Shown here one piece after another: positions 46,971 to 56,718 of a DNA stretch of 64,000 bases; position 1 is the first letter of the stretch, and the number at the start of each line of letters is the position of its first letter. The notes beneath the pieces are model-generated. The model had not been told where the DNA came from. It did not search any database and saw nothing but the letters and a program-made list of their open reading frames with translations. The DNA is from an uncultured bacterium (GTDB taxonomy: Bacteria > Krumholzibacteriota > Krumholzibacteriia > Krumholzibacteriales > Krumholzibacteriaceae). Where the stretch lies: positions 60,151 to 124,150 of the forward strand of contig CBDUYR010000002.1 of NCBI GenBank assembly GCA_965371515.1, written 5' to 3'. A program made the translations under genes and the position numbers.

Positions 46971-48705
46971 CCTTCATCTCCGCCCTCGAGGCGGCACTGC
47001 GGGCCTCGCGCACCTTGTCCTCTATCTCGGGACGATCCGGGTCCACCTCCACCGACCGGTTGTACGACTCGAGGGCCGGCTCGGGCTGCCCGAGCTCCAT
47101 GTACGTATCGCCGATATGTTCCCAGATCACGGGGTCGTCCGCCACGATCTCCGATGCTCCCAGAAGTATCTCCAGCGCGTCGGAGAACTCCCCCTTCCTG
47201 TACTTCACCCATCCGAGAGAGTCGAGATAATACCCGTTCCCCGGATCCTCGTCGAGAGCCCTTGTGATCAGATCTTCGGCGAACTCGAGGCTGTCGCCCT
47301 TGACGGCGAGAAGATATCCGTAGAAGTTGTTGATGCTTGCATCATCCGGTTCGTTGCCGTATACAACCCTGATGCAGCGTATCGCGTCGTCATACCTGCC
47401 CATATCCTCGTAAAGTGCTGCCAGTTCGAGCAGGACGTCCCTGTTTTCGGGCGAGAGTTTCTCCGCGGCGGTGAGGAACTGCTCCGCCCTCTCGCGGTCG
47501 TCGATCTTCCTGTACACGGTTCCAATCACGAAATTGTCGGAATACTTTGTGCGGTCCATCCGCCTGATCGCTTCCCTGAGATAGATCGTGCCCTCTACGC
47601 TCGTGAATCTCTTGTCTTCTTCAGGACTCGACGGTTCACCGGCCAGCCCGTTGGCGAGCAGGACGAGGCCGATGTGATTGCTGAAGACGTCTGGCTCGAT
47701 CTCAACGAGCCGCTCGAGATACTCGAATGCAGTCCTGAAGTTACCCCTGTCCATCTCGATCTCCGCAACCGCCCGCATTATCGGCGGCTTCTCTCCGAGA
47801 GTGGCCAGCAGTTCCCGAAAGACGCTCAGTGCCTCTTCATGCCTGCCGAGTCCGTAGTAGAAACGTCCGAGTATGAGCCTGCCGTTCTCGCCCAGCTTGC
47901 GCTCCTCGTAAAGCGGTTCGAGAAGCTCGACCCCCTCCTCGAGCCGGCCTTCCTCGAGGTAGAGCCTCGAAAGCTCCATTACGGCGGTACGGTTGCCGGG
48001 ATCGAGCTCGAGCGCGTCTTCGAATGCCTTCGCCGCACCCTCGATGTCTCCATAGTGAAGGAGTATCGAGCCGAGCGCGAGGTGCGAGCCGGCGAATCCC
48101 GGATTTACCTCTACCGCTGCCCTGAGAGACTCGACCGCCCTTTCGACATCTCCAATGTCGGCATATATGAGACCCAGCCTGTAATGGACGAAGAGATCGC
48201 CCGGGTCGAGATCGCGCGCCCGCTCGAGAGCGGCGCGTGCTGCGTCGATGTCCTTGTTTTCGAGATGTATCCTGGCGAGAAACTTGTATACTTCGAACTG
48301 CGACACATCCTCGCTGTTCCTGATGCTTTCGAGAAGCTCGATCGCCTTGTCCCTGTTCTGTTCCTCGTATTCTATCTCGGCTAGGATCAGCCGCGCGTTG
48401 GAGTCATATATCCCCTTCTCTATCAGCCTGCCGACATACTTGCGGGTCTCGTCGAACTTGCCCAATTCCAGGGTCACCCTTGCAAGAGCGAAGTTTATCC
48501 TCGAATTGTCCGGTTCGTACTTTTCCGCCTCTGCGTAGTACACGTAGGCAAGCACGAGATCGTTGCTCAATTCCATGAACGATCCGCGCATGTAATAGGC
48601 CTGCGCTCTCCGGTCCACACGTTCCTGGGCCGTTCCGACGGAGGGCGCGAAGCCGACCGCGGCGACGATAAGGAGTATTCTCCCGTATCTCAGTAATGCA
48701 CTCAT
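46963..48705 (-). CDS. Exported multi-TPR protein
   Basis: Signal peptide, many TPRs, N..GY.LA, YLDSLGWV.Y, EHIGD.Y. Confidence 0.88.
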   Translation of the reverse strand: MSALLRYGRILLIVAAVGFAPSVGTAQERVDRRAQAYYMRGSFMELSNDLVLAYVYYAEAEKYEPDNSRINFALARVTLELGKFDETRKYVGRLIEKGIYDSNARLILAEIEYEEQNRDKAIELLESIRNSEDVSQFEVYKFLARIHLENKDIDAARAALERARDLDPGDLFVHYRLGLIYADIGDVERAVESLRAAVEVNPGFAGSHLALGSILLHYGDIEGAAKAFEDALELDPGNRTAVMELSRLYLEEGRLEEGVELLEPLYEERKLGENGRLILGRFYYGLGRHEEALSVFRELLATLGEKPPIMRAVAEIEMDRGNFRTAFEYLERLVEIEPDVFSNHIGLVLLANGLAGEPSSPEEDKRFTSVEGTIYLREAIRRMDRTKYSDNFVIGTVYRKIDDRERAEQFLTAAEKLSPENRDVLLELAALYEDMGRYDDAIRCIRVVYGNEPDDASINNFYGYLLAVKGDSLEFAEDLITRALDEDPGNGYYLDSLGWVKYRKGEFSDALEILLGASEIVADDPVIWEHIGDTYMELGQPEPALESYNRSVEVDPDRPEIEDKVREARSAASRAEMKVE

Positions 48706-48712
48706 CTTTCTT

Positions 48713-48741
48713 ATTATACCTGACACGGAGCCCGCGGGCAA
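48713..48741 (-). promoter_or_regulatory. Sigma-70 promoter, probably leaderless, for the TPR gene
   Basis: TTGCCC-N17-TATAAT, 7 nt before the ATG at 48705. Confidence 0.65.
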
Positions 48742-48785
48742 AAACAAACGACCGCCATCACCGTAAAGCGCTCCTTCGTAGTTCG

Positions 48786-48814
48786 TTGACTTGCGTGCGG
48801 CCATATTCTATACT
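48786..48814 (+). promoter_or_regulatory. Sigma-70 promoter for the FadL-like outer membrane protein
   Basis: TTGACT-N17-TATACT. Confidence 0.7.
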
Positions 48815-48866
48815 TTAAATGCTGTTCGCCACAATGATATGACAGCCCCTGAAAGGATGACCGGTA

Positions 48867-50195
48867 ATGATGCATACCAGGAAAATATTGACGGCAGCGT
48901 CAATGCTTCTGCTTGTTCTCGCACTCCCGGCTGCCTCCGGGGCCCAGCTCATGGGAGTACTCACCCTCGAGAGGCTCTCCACTCTGGACACATGGGGAAC
49001 GGGAGCCAAAGCCTGGGGGATGGGCGGCGCCTATATCTCGATAAGTGATGACGCTCTGGGGCTGATCTACAACCCGGCCGGTATTGCGCGTTCGAGTGGC
49101 AGGGAGGTCTCGTTCGGCATGCACCAGCTCTGGCAGGACATCGACGAGAACTACGACGGCACCATGACGGGCACGCAGGGTTCGTACACTGCCTTCGGCC
49201 ATATCGCTGCTATCTTCCCCTACGAGACCTACACCACCGACCTGAAGTTCGGATTCGGCGTCTTCAGGGTCGGCTCATCGAACCTCGAATACGTCAAGGA
49301 GGCACCGAGGCCTGACCTCGGCGGCGACGTGAAAAACGTCTTCCTCCAGACCGGAAACATATATCACTACAAATTCGCCGTCGCGGGGAATATATCGAGA
49401 AACATAGCTGTCGGCGGGACATTCGTCATCTGGGACGAATCGCTGGACTTCACCGAGGAGCTCTCGTTTTCCGGGGCGGGAGATTCAACGTACGCGTTCA
49501 CCGACAACGTCACTGCCGACCTCGACGGCTACAGTTTTGAATTCGGCATCATCGCCAGGCTGAGCACATTCTTCCATGCCGGGCTCGTGTTCTCTACGCC
49601 CGCCTGGATCACTTATCAGGGATCTGGTTCCAACTATTACGACGGCACTTTTCAGAACGGATCGGAATGGTCATACGATCCCTTTCCATTCTACGGCGAG
49701 GAGAAGTTCACCCTCCCGATGAATTTCCGTTTCGGCACGTCGCTTCAGGCCGAGAACCTGGTCGTAGCACTCGACATCTCGTACACAGATTACAGGCAGA
49801 CCGAGTACAACGGACAGAGGATATACTACGAGAACGATCCCACGGTAGACGTCCTCCGGCAGGTCTGGTCGTACAGGGCCGGGGCGGAGCTGACGCTCCC
49901 ATGGACCTCTCTCTCACTCAGAGCCGGATATATGTACCTGCCATTGCCGTTCATGGGTATGGACGAGCTCAGATATATGACAGAGGACAACGAATACGAG
50001 CCTGTAACCGAGTGGGACTTCACGACGACAAAGGAGGATAGGCATTACTACACGGCCGGTATCGGATACGTCTTCGACGATGTCCTCGCACTCGACGTCG
50101 CGGTGTCAAGGGGCGGCTTCGAGAGGTCGACCATCTGGCTGACCGATAAGAGGGTCAGCACCGAATTCATCGTTTCGGCCGCATACAGGTTCTGA
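48867..50195 (+). CDS. OmpP1/FadL/TbuX-family outer membrane beta-barrel
   Basis: Signal peptide, GA...GMGGA....DD....YNPAG, alternating beta strands, C-terminal YRF. Confidence 0.82.
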   Translation: MMHTRKILTAASMLLLVLALPAASGAQLMGVLTLERLSTLDTWGTGAKAWGMGGAYISISDDALGLIYNPAGIARSSGREVSFGMHQLWQDIDENYDGTMTGTQGSYTAFGHIAAIFPYETYTTDLKFGFGVFRVGSSNLEYVKEAPRPDLGGDVKNVFLQTGNIYHYKFAVAGNISRNIAVGGTFVIWDESLDFTEELSFSGAGDSTYAFTDNVTADLDGYSFEFGIIARLSTFFHAGLVFSTPAWITYQGSGSNYYDGTFQNGSEWSYDPFPFYGEEKFTLPMNFRFGTSLQAENLVVALDISYTDYRQTEYNGQRIYYENDPTVDVLRQVWSYRAGAELTLPWTSLSLRAGYMYLPLPFMGMDELRYMTEDNEYEPVTEWDFTTTKEDRHYYTAGIGYVFDDVLALDVAVSRGGFERSTIWLTDKRVSTEFIVSAAYRF

Positions 50196-50214
50196 TCAGC
50201 AGAAAACAACTCCG

Positions 50215-51120
50215 CTATTTGAGGGACGGTTCCGGCCGTCCTTTTTCTTTTGTGCCCGTGTCGTGCAGAATCCTGCAGAGCTCCTCGAGCAGCAGGACAA
50301 ATCTCGGGCCGGGGATCGCTGCATACCTTCCTGTGAGAATATACAGCCTTCCCTTACCTACGGCCTCGAGGAGGTCGAAAGATTCCCAGTCGGAAGCTAT
50401 CGCATCGGCGGACAAGCCTCTCTCCTTTGCTCCGGGAACGATCTCTATGATCACGTCGGGTTTCAGGTGAACTAGACTCTCCGGTGAGAGCAGCGGATAC
50501 GCAGGAGAAGCCGTGGTCACGACGTTTCTACCGCCCGCCGCACGGAGAAGCTCGTCGTACCAGGTGCCTTTCCCCGCAGCGTACACCTCCGCGGGAACAA
50601 CACCGTACTGCCGGTCCACTACGATAAGCACTCCCGGCCTCTCGCCGTCATCGCCTGCAGGGCATGCCGAAACGCAGATCGCCTCGAGAGAATCAGCCAG
50701 CTGCGCACCTCTCTCCTCCACCCCGCACTTTTCACCTATCGTCCTTACTGTCCCTATGATCTCGGAGATCGTCTCGTTGGGAACAGTGAGATGCTCGATG
50801 CCCAGTTCGTCGAGAAATAAACGCAGCCTCTCGTGCGCGGGCAACACGATCACGAGGTCCGGTTCGAGAGAGACGATCGCCTCGATGTTGGGATCGAAGT
50901 AACCCCCGATTCCGGGTTTCTCCACGGCTTCCGGCGGCCAGGTACAGAACCGGGTGACGCCGGCCACCTCTTCCCCGAGCCCCAGAGCGTAGAGTGTCTC
51001 AGTGATGTTGGGAGCGAGTGAGACGATCCTGCTGTACTCCGACGCAGTAAGATGCGCCGTCATGGATAGAATCGCTGAGGAAATGATCGTGAGAATGAAT
51101 GCAGCCGTCCCTGTTCTCAT
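50215..51120 (-). CDS. BtuF-like cobalamin/siderophore periplasmic binding protein
   Basis: RIVSLAPNITE.L..LG, FCTWP, PNIE.I..L.PDLV, E.L....PDVI, PGPR. Confidence 0.88.
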   Translation of the reverse strand: MRTGTAAFILTIISSAILSMTAHLTASEYSRIVSLAPNITETLYALGLGEEVAGVTRFCTWPPEAVEKPGIGGYFDPNIEAIVSLEPDLVIVLPAHERLRLFLDELGIEHLTVPNETISEIIGTVRTIGEKCGVEERGAQLADSLEAICVSACPAGDDGERPGVLIVVDRQYGVVPAEVYAAGKGTWYDELLRAAGGRNVVTTASPAYPLLSPESLVHLKPDVIIEIVPGAKERGLSADAIASDWESFDLLEAVGKGRLYILTGRYAAIPGPRFVLLLEELCRILHDTGTKEKGRPEPSLK

Positions 51121-51608
51121 CAGTCTGTCTTGCGGCTGATTCCTCTGAGGATGGAGAGGTACGCGTCGTCGAGCTTAGAAAGCATATCCTCGGAGAGACC
51201 CCCTCCTGTCTCCATGATCTGCGTGTAATACTGTTCGAGGTATCTGCAGAGAAAAACGTTCTGCCTCTCTATCTGATCGTCGATCAGCTTGAGGGCCTCG
51301 GCGCGGCTCGCGAGGACAGCTTCGTCCTCTTCCCTGTTCGATGCGTTGTGGAAGTAATCGTTGAGGAGCTGCAGCCAGTACGTATCGTGCCTGCCGCCGT
51401 TGTCGAAAACACAGCCTGGTTCGTCTATGAGGAAACAGTATCCGTACACGAAATATGAGCAGTTGAGCATTCCCTGCAGAAAGAGGCGCCTGTGGCAATC
51501 GATCGTCATCTCGTCGAGATTGCAGGGGAGATTACATTCCTCGCAGAAGGCCTCGGTGTCCCCGCCGAAGGTGAACGGAAGGTTGGTCGCCTTGGATTTA
51601 TCTCCCAT
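51120..51608 (-). CDS. Hypothetical Cys-rich protein
   Basis: Purine-rich RBS; fills the rnc-BtuF gap; TGATG overlap with the downstream gene; 8 Cys. Confidence 0.7.
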   Translation of the reverse strand: MGDKSKATNLPFTFGGDTEAFCEECNLPCNLDEMTIDCHRRLFLQGMLNCSYFVYGYCFLIDEPGCVFDNGGRHDTYWLQLLNDYFHNASNREEDEAVLASRAEALKLIDDQIERQNVFLCRYLEQYYTQIMETGGGLSEDMLSKLDDAYLSILRGISRKTD

Positions 51609-51621
51609 CTTTCCCTCTCTC

Positions 51622-52377
51622 CTAGTGGATGCGCCTGAGCTTCTTGAGAGCCTCCTTGGCGGCTATCTGCTCGGCGTCCTTCTTGCTTTTTCCCCTGCCC
51701 TTTCCCGTGACGCCGTGCCCGGCCCTTACCTCGACGATGAATATCTTGTCATGTTCAGGGCCTGTTGTCGACCTTATCCTGTATTTGGGATATGTTTTGA
51801 ACCTGCTCTGGGTCCATTCCTGCAGGTGGCTCTTGTAATTGACATGGTCCGTATGATCGATAATTACGTCTACGTCGTCGAGAATGACCTTCTCCACCAT
51901 TGCCCTGGCGCTCTCGAGGCCGTCGTCCAGATAGATGCCTCCAATTATCGCCTCGAGAACAGCCGTCTGGATCGAATCCTGCCCGTGCACTCCTCCCTTG
52001 AATGCGTTGTCGCTCAATATGACATGATCTTTCAGATCGATCGCCTCGGCCTTCTTCGACAGCACGGTCTGGCTTACGAGCAGGGATTTCTTCTGGGTGA
52101 GCTGGCCTTCGTTCTCCTCGGGAAAGTTCCTGACGAGGAAATCTGTCGTGACCAGCGCGAGTACGGAATCGCCGAGAAATTCCAGCCTCTCGTAGGTAAT
52201 GCCCTCTTCGCCCGGCTTCAGCTCGCCGAGCACGGAACGATGGGTAAGCGCCTCTATAACGAGTTTTCTGTTGCGGAATCTGTAGCCGATCTTCTCTTCG
52301 AGCAGGGGAATGTGCTCAGGGCCGTCGACTTCGACCGGCCTGAATAATCTTCTGAATGCATCAAGGAACATGGCCAT
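51622..52377 (-). CDS. rnc: Ribonuclease III
   Basis: ALTHRS, ERLEFLGDSVL, EAIIGGIYLD, dsRBD (GPEH, G.G.SKK.AEQ). Confidence 0.95.
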   Translation of the reverse strand: MAMFLDAFRRLFRPVEVDGPEHIPLLEEKIGYRFRNRKLVIEALTHRSVLGELKPGEEGITYERLEFLGDSVLALVTTDFLVRNFPEENEGQLTQKKSLLVSQTVLSKKAEAIDLKDHVILSDNAFKGGVHGQDSIQTAVLEAIIGGIYLDDGLESARAMVEKVILDDVDVIIDHTDHVNYKSHLQEWTQSRFKTYPKYRIRSTTGPEHDKIFIVEVRAGHGVTGKGRGKSKKDAEQIAAKEALKKLRRIH

Positions 52378-52393
52378 TTGTCCCGATTGCTCT

Positions 52394-53635
52394 TTACTGC
52401 TCGAATCTCTTCAATAGAAGGCTTACGTTGTGCCCGCCAAAACCGAAGGAATTGCTCAGCACGTATTCGAGCTTTTTGCCGATTGCTTTCTTCGGTACGT
52501 GGTTGAGCTGGCACACCGGATCGATGTTTTCCAGGTTGGCAGTCGGCGGAATCGTCTGCTCGAGCATGGCCTTGACGCACATGATGAACTCGAAAGCAGC
52601 GGCAGCGCCGAGCATGTGTCCCGAGCACGATTTGGTAGAGCTGACGTGGGGGCTATTCATCTCACCGAATATTGTCCTGACAGCTTCAGCTTCCGATTTG
52701 TCGTTGTACTGCGTCGACGTTCCATGGGCGTTGATGTATCCAATAGCGTCCGGCTCGATACCCGCGTCGCGAATGGCCATCCTCATCGACTCGACCGCGC
52801 CGGCTCCGCCCGGTGCCGGAGACGTGATGTGATAGGCATCTCCCGTCATCCCGACACCGACCAGTTCGGCAACTATCTCAGCCCCGCGGGCCCTGGCATA
52901 CTCGAGATCCTCGAGCAGGACGAGCGCGGCCCCCTCGGCCATTACAAAGCCGTCCCTGTCGACGTCGAACGGGCGGCTCGCCCCCTTCGGATCGTCGTTG
53001 CGCGTGGACAGGGCCTTCATCGAACAGAAGCCTCCGAGAGCCATCGGCGAGATCGTCCCCTCTGTGCCGCCGGTCAGGATCGCTTTCGCATAGCCCTGCT
53101 TGATCATCATGAACGATGTCGCTATTCCGTGCCCCGCCGAGGCACACGCCGATACGGTGGCGAAATTGGGCCCCTTCAGCCCGTACCTGATCGATACGAG
53201 CCCCGATGACATGTCGACTATCATCATGGGAATAAAGAAGGGACTGATCTTCGCGGGTCCCTTGCTGACGTAGTTTGAGTGCTGCTTTTCGAAGGTCCGA
53301 ATGCCTCCGATCCCCGACGCGATGATGGTCCCGACATCATTACCATCGTAACCGGTCTCCTCGAGAGACTTCATCGCCTCGGCCGAAGCGGCCATGGCAA
53401 GTTGCGAGGAGCGGTCCATTCGCTTCGATTCCTTGCGGTCGATATACTCGAGCGGATCGAAATCCCTGACTTCGCCTGCGATCTGTGATGTATATTCGCT
53501 GACATCAAACGCGGTGATCGTATCGTAGCCCGGTATTCCCGCCGAGACGTTCTTCCAGTTCTCCTCGACGGTTTTTCCGCAGCAACTAACCACGCCCATG
53601 CCTGTTACGACCACTCTTCCGCCATCGGTGGACAC
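52394..53635 (-). CDS. fabF: 3-oxoacyl-ACP synthase II
   Basis: SACAS, NAHGTST, GHMLGAA, NSFGFGG. Confidence 0.96.
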   Translation of the reverse strand: MSTDGGRVVVTGMGVVSCCGKTVEENWKNVSAGIPGYDTITAFDVSEYTSQIAGEVRDFDPLEYIDRKESKRMDRSSQLAMAASAEAMKSLEETGYDGNDVGTIIASGIGGIRTFEKQHSNYVSKGPAKISPFFIPMMIVDMSSGLVSIRYGLKGPNFATVSACASAGHGIATSFMMIKQGYAKAILTGGTEGTISPMALGGFCSMKALSTRNDDPKGASRPFDVDRDGFVMAEGAALVLLEDLEYARARGAEIVAELVGVGMTGDAYHITSPAPGGAGAVESMRMAIRDAGIEPDAIGYINAHGTSTQYNDKSEAEAVRTIFGEMNSPHVSSTKSCSGHMLGAAAAFEFIMCVKAMLEQTIPPTANLENIDPVCQLNHVPKKAIGKKLEYVLSNSFGFGGHNVSLLLKRFEQ

Positions 53636-53680
53636 TTTACCCCCCTGATCTCATGATAGTTCGAAGTCAGCCGGCGACGG

Positions 53681-53920
53681 CTACTCGGTCACGTGCGCCT
53701 TGATATAATCTACGGCCTCGCCGACCTTCGTGATCTTTTCCGCCTCTTCGTCGGGGATCTCCACCCCGAATTCTTCCTCGAGAGCCATCACGAGCTCGAC
53801 GGTATCGAGCGAATCGGCCCCGAGATCGTCTATGAAAGACGCCGCCGTTGTAATCTGGTCCTGGTTAACGGAAAGCTGATCCTCTACGACCTTCTTTACT
53901 CTTTCTTCTACTGTACTCAT
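53681..53920 (-). CDS. acpP: Acyl carrier protein
   Basis: [20 protein letters not shown]. Confidence 0.97.
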   Translation of the reverse strand: MSTVEERVKKVVEDQLSVNQDQITTAASFIDDLGADSLDTVELVMALEEEFGVEIPDEEAEKITKVGEAVDYIKAHVTE

Positions 53921-53952
53921 GCCCCCACTTACCTCCTTGTCTTGTTTCCCCG

Positions 53953-54702
53953 TCAACGTGCCATGACCATACCGCCGTCACAGTTTATTACCTGACCCGT
54001 GACGTACGCACCCAGCTCCGATACGAGAAACAGCACGACATTTGCGACATCGCTTCCCGTACCGAAACGGCCGAGTGGTATCATGCGGCGCATCTGTTCC
54101 TGAACATCTTCCGGGAGGACCGCCGTCATCGGCGTGTCTATAAATCCCGGTGCGATGGCGTTAGCGGTCACTCCTCTTGGAGCGAACTCCTTCGCCACCG
54201 ATTTCGTGAATCCTATGATGCCGGCCTTGCTCGCGGCGTAGTTACTCTGTCCCGCGTTACCCATCTGGCCGATCACCGAGGCTATGTTCACTACGCGTCC
54301 GAAACGCTTCTTGAACATGTGCTTCGTGACGACCTTCGTCATGTTGAACGTGCCGGTGAGGTTGATCCTTATCACGGCGTCCCATTCGTCCTCCTTCATA
54401 CGGAGAAGGAGATTGTCGCGCGTGATCCCTGCGTTGTTTACCAGTATGTGGATCTGGTCCCGCCAGCCGAGGACCTCCTTGACACATTCCTGGACCTCGG
54501 TGTAGTCGGCAACGTTGCACTTGACGGCGATGGAACCCTGTCCGGCCTCCTCGATGAGTCCGGCGGTATCCTTCGCCCCCTGGATGTCAACGTCGAGAAC
54601 GGCTACGTCAGCACCACGCCCGGCGAGCGCCATGGCGATGTCCCTTCCGATACCTCGTCCCGCTCCGGTGACTACTGCCGTATTTCCATTCATTTCTATC
54701 AT
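53953..54702 (-). CDS. fabG: 3-oxoacyl-ACP reductase
   Basis: [27 protein letters not shown]. Confidence 0.96.
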   Translation of the reverse strand: MIEMNGNTAVVTGAGRGIGRDIAMALAGRGADVAVLDVDIQGAKDTAGLIEEAGQGSIAVKCNVADYTEVQECVKEVLGWRDQIHILVNNAGITRDNLLLRMKEDEWDAVIRINLTGTFNMTKVVTKHMFKKRFGRVVNIASVIGQMGNAGQSNYAASKAGIIGFTKSVAKEFAPRGVTANAIAPGFIDTPMTAVLPEDVQEQMRRMIPLGRFGTGSDVANVVLFLVSELGAYVTGQVINCDGGMVMAR

Positions 54703-54749
54703 TTGGAAATTCTGTATATCAGATACGCTCCCGCGCGTAAAGCAAATCT

Positions 54750-55691
54750 TTACGCTACTGTCTCCCGCTCTATGACCTGCGTCAGCTGAACGGCAGTACC
54801 AACCGTCTCGACGCTTCTGGCCCTGTCTATCCTCTTCATCAGGCCACTGAGCACCTTGCCCGGCCCGACCTCGAGTATCTTTCCACCCCATTCCGAGGTG
54901 AGAAGCTTCATCGAGTCGGACCAGAGCACCGGGCTCGTGAGTTGCCTCGACAGCGCGTCGATTATCTGCTCGCGACGCGTAACGATCTTCGCATCGGCGT
55001 TGCAGACGATATCTGCCAACGTGTCCTTTATCTCAAAACTCTTTATATATTCAACGAGCTCGTCCTGCGCCGGCGCTACAAGCGGCGAGTGAAAGGCCCC
55101 ACTCACGTTGAGTTTGACGACCTTGCGCACGCCCTTTCCCTCGGCAAGTTTCATCGCCCTTTCGACGGCCTCTATATGTCCCGAGATCACGATCTGTCCC
55201 GGCGAGTTTATATTCGCCAGCACAACGACCGTATCGCCGATGCTCGCCTCTTCGCAGACGGCCCTGACGTCTTCAGTCTCCATTCCGATGATCGCCGCCA
55301 TCGTACCGGGCTGCCTGAGTCCCGCGTCGAACATCAGCTCTCCGCGCCTGCGTACTATCCTCAGTGCGTCCATGTAGCCGAGCGCCCCGGCCACGGCCAG
55401 CGCAGAATATTCGCCGAGGCTGTGACCCGCTGCTATCGACGGTTCGAGGCCGGCCTCGTCCTTCATTACCCGCGCAACGGCCAGGCTGTGAAGAAGGATC
55501 GCCGGCTGGGCGTTCCTCGTCTCTGTCAGGACATCGGCATCGCCCTCGAAGGAGAGCTTCGATATATTGAATCCGAGTATGTCGTCGGCCTCTTCGTAGA
55601 TCCCCGCTACAGCGGGGAACTGTTCGGCCAGATCCTTTCCCATCCCTGTAAACTGTGATCCCTGACCTGGGAACAACATCGCTGTCTTCAT
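54750..55691 (-). CDS. fabD: Malonyl-CoA:ACP transacylase
   Basis: FPGQGSQ, GHSLGE, SGAFHS, GPGKVL. Confidence 0.96.
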   Translation of the reverse strand: MKTAMLFPGQGSQFTGMGKDLAEQFPAVAGIYEEADDILGFNISKLSFEGDADVLTETRNAQPAILLHSLAVARVMKDEAGLEPSIAAGHSLGEYSALAVAGALGYMDALRIVRRRGELMFDAGLRQPGTMAAIIGMETEDVRAVCEEASIGDTVVVLANINSPGQIVISGHIEAVERAMKLAEGKGVRKVVKLNVSGAFHSPLVAPAQDELVEYIKSFEIKDTLADIVCNADAKIVTRREQIIDALSRQLTSPVLWSDSMKLLTSEWGGKILEVGPGKVLSGLMKRIDRARSVETVGTAVQLTQVIERETVA

Positions 55692-55719
55692 CTTTATGTC
55701 TCCTCAATATTCTCCGTGG

Positions 55720-56718
55720 TCAGTACTTGATCAATGCGGCGCCCCATGTGAGTCCGCCGCCGAAGGCGACCATGATAACGAGGTCGCCTTTGTTGAGGGT
55801 CCCACCCTGTTTGAGCTCGGAAAGCGCAATAGGTATGCTCGCCGATGAAGTGTTTCCTACATGATCTATATTTACTACGACCTGTTCTTTTTCCAGTTTC
55901 AGGCGTTTCCTCACGCTCTCTATGATCCTGATGTTCGCCTGGTGCGGTATCAGATATGTCACGTCCTCTGTTCCAAAACCGGCTTCCTTGAGTGTATGTC
56001 TCGCCGCGTTGACCATCGCCTTGACAGCATACTTGAAAAGACCGTCGCCCTTCATCCTGATGCAATAATCACGCGCCTCGATGCTTTCAGTTGTTAGAGG
56101 CGTCTTCGATCCGCCGGCGGTGATGTAGAGCAGTTCCTTCTCGCCTCCATCACTCTGCATGAAGGTGCTCAGGACCCCTTCGCCCGGCTCCCCCTCCTCG
56201 AGCACTACTGCGCCGCATCCATCGCCGAAGAGAACGCAGGTGGTGCGGTCCGTGTAATCGGTGATGCTGGAAAGCGTCTCCACGCCGATGACAAGGATCT
56301 TTTTCGCCTTCCTAGACACTATCATCGACGAACCGACAGACAGCCCGTATATGAATCCCGAGCAGGCTGCCGAGACATCGAATGCAGCGGCCTTCTTCGC
56401 GCCGAGCATCTCCTGCAGCAGGCAGGCAGTCGAAGGCAGTGGCATATCGGGAGTCACTGTCGCTACGATGATCATGTCGAGATCCTTCGGATCGACTCCC
56501 GCGTCTGCCAGGGCCATCTTCGAGGCTTCGAAAGCCATGTCGCTGGAAAACTCGTTCTCAGCAGTGATATGCCTTTCCCTTATCCCGGAACGGGTCAGGA
56601 TCCACTCGTCGCTCGTATCGACCATCTTCTCAAAGTCTGCATTAGTCAGGATCTTTTCGGGAAGATAGTGCCCTATACCGGTTATCCTGGCGCCTTTCGG
56701 CTCACACGGCTTTATCAC
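55720..56718 (-). CDS. fabH: 3-oxoacyl-ACP synthase III
   Basis: DTSDEWI, AACSGF, PHQAN, GNTSSAS, FGGGLTWG. Confidence 0.96.
   Translation of the reverse strand: MIKPCEPKGARITGIGHYLPEKILTNADFEKMVDTSDEWILTRSGIRERHITAENEFSSDMAFEASKMALADAGVDPKDLDMIIVATVTPDMPLPSTACLLQEMLGAKKAAAFDVSAACSGFIYGLSVGSSMIVSRKAKKILVIGVETLSSITDYTDRTTCVLFGDGCGAVVLEEGEPGEGVLSTFMQSDGGEKELLYITAGGSKTPLTTESIEARDYCIRMKGDGLFKYAVKAMVNAARHTLKEAGFGTEDVTYLIPHQANIRIIESVRKRLKLEKEQVVVNIDHVGNTSSASIPIALSELKQGGTLNKGDLVIMVAFGGGLTWGAALIKY

Noticed and set aside
46936..48384. 482-aa plus-strand ORF
   Set aside because: Antisense to the TPR gene, with no independent coding signal.
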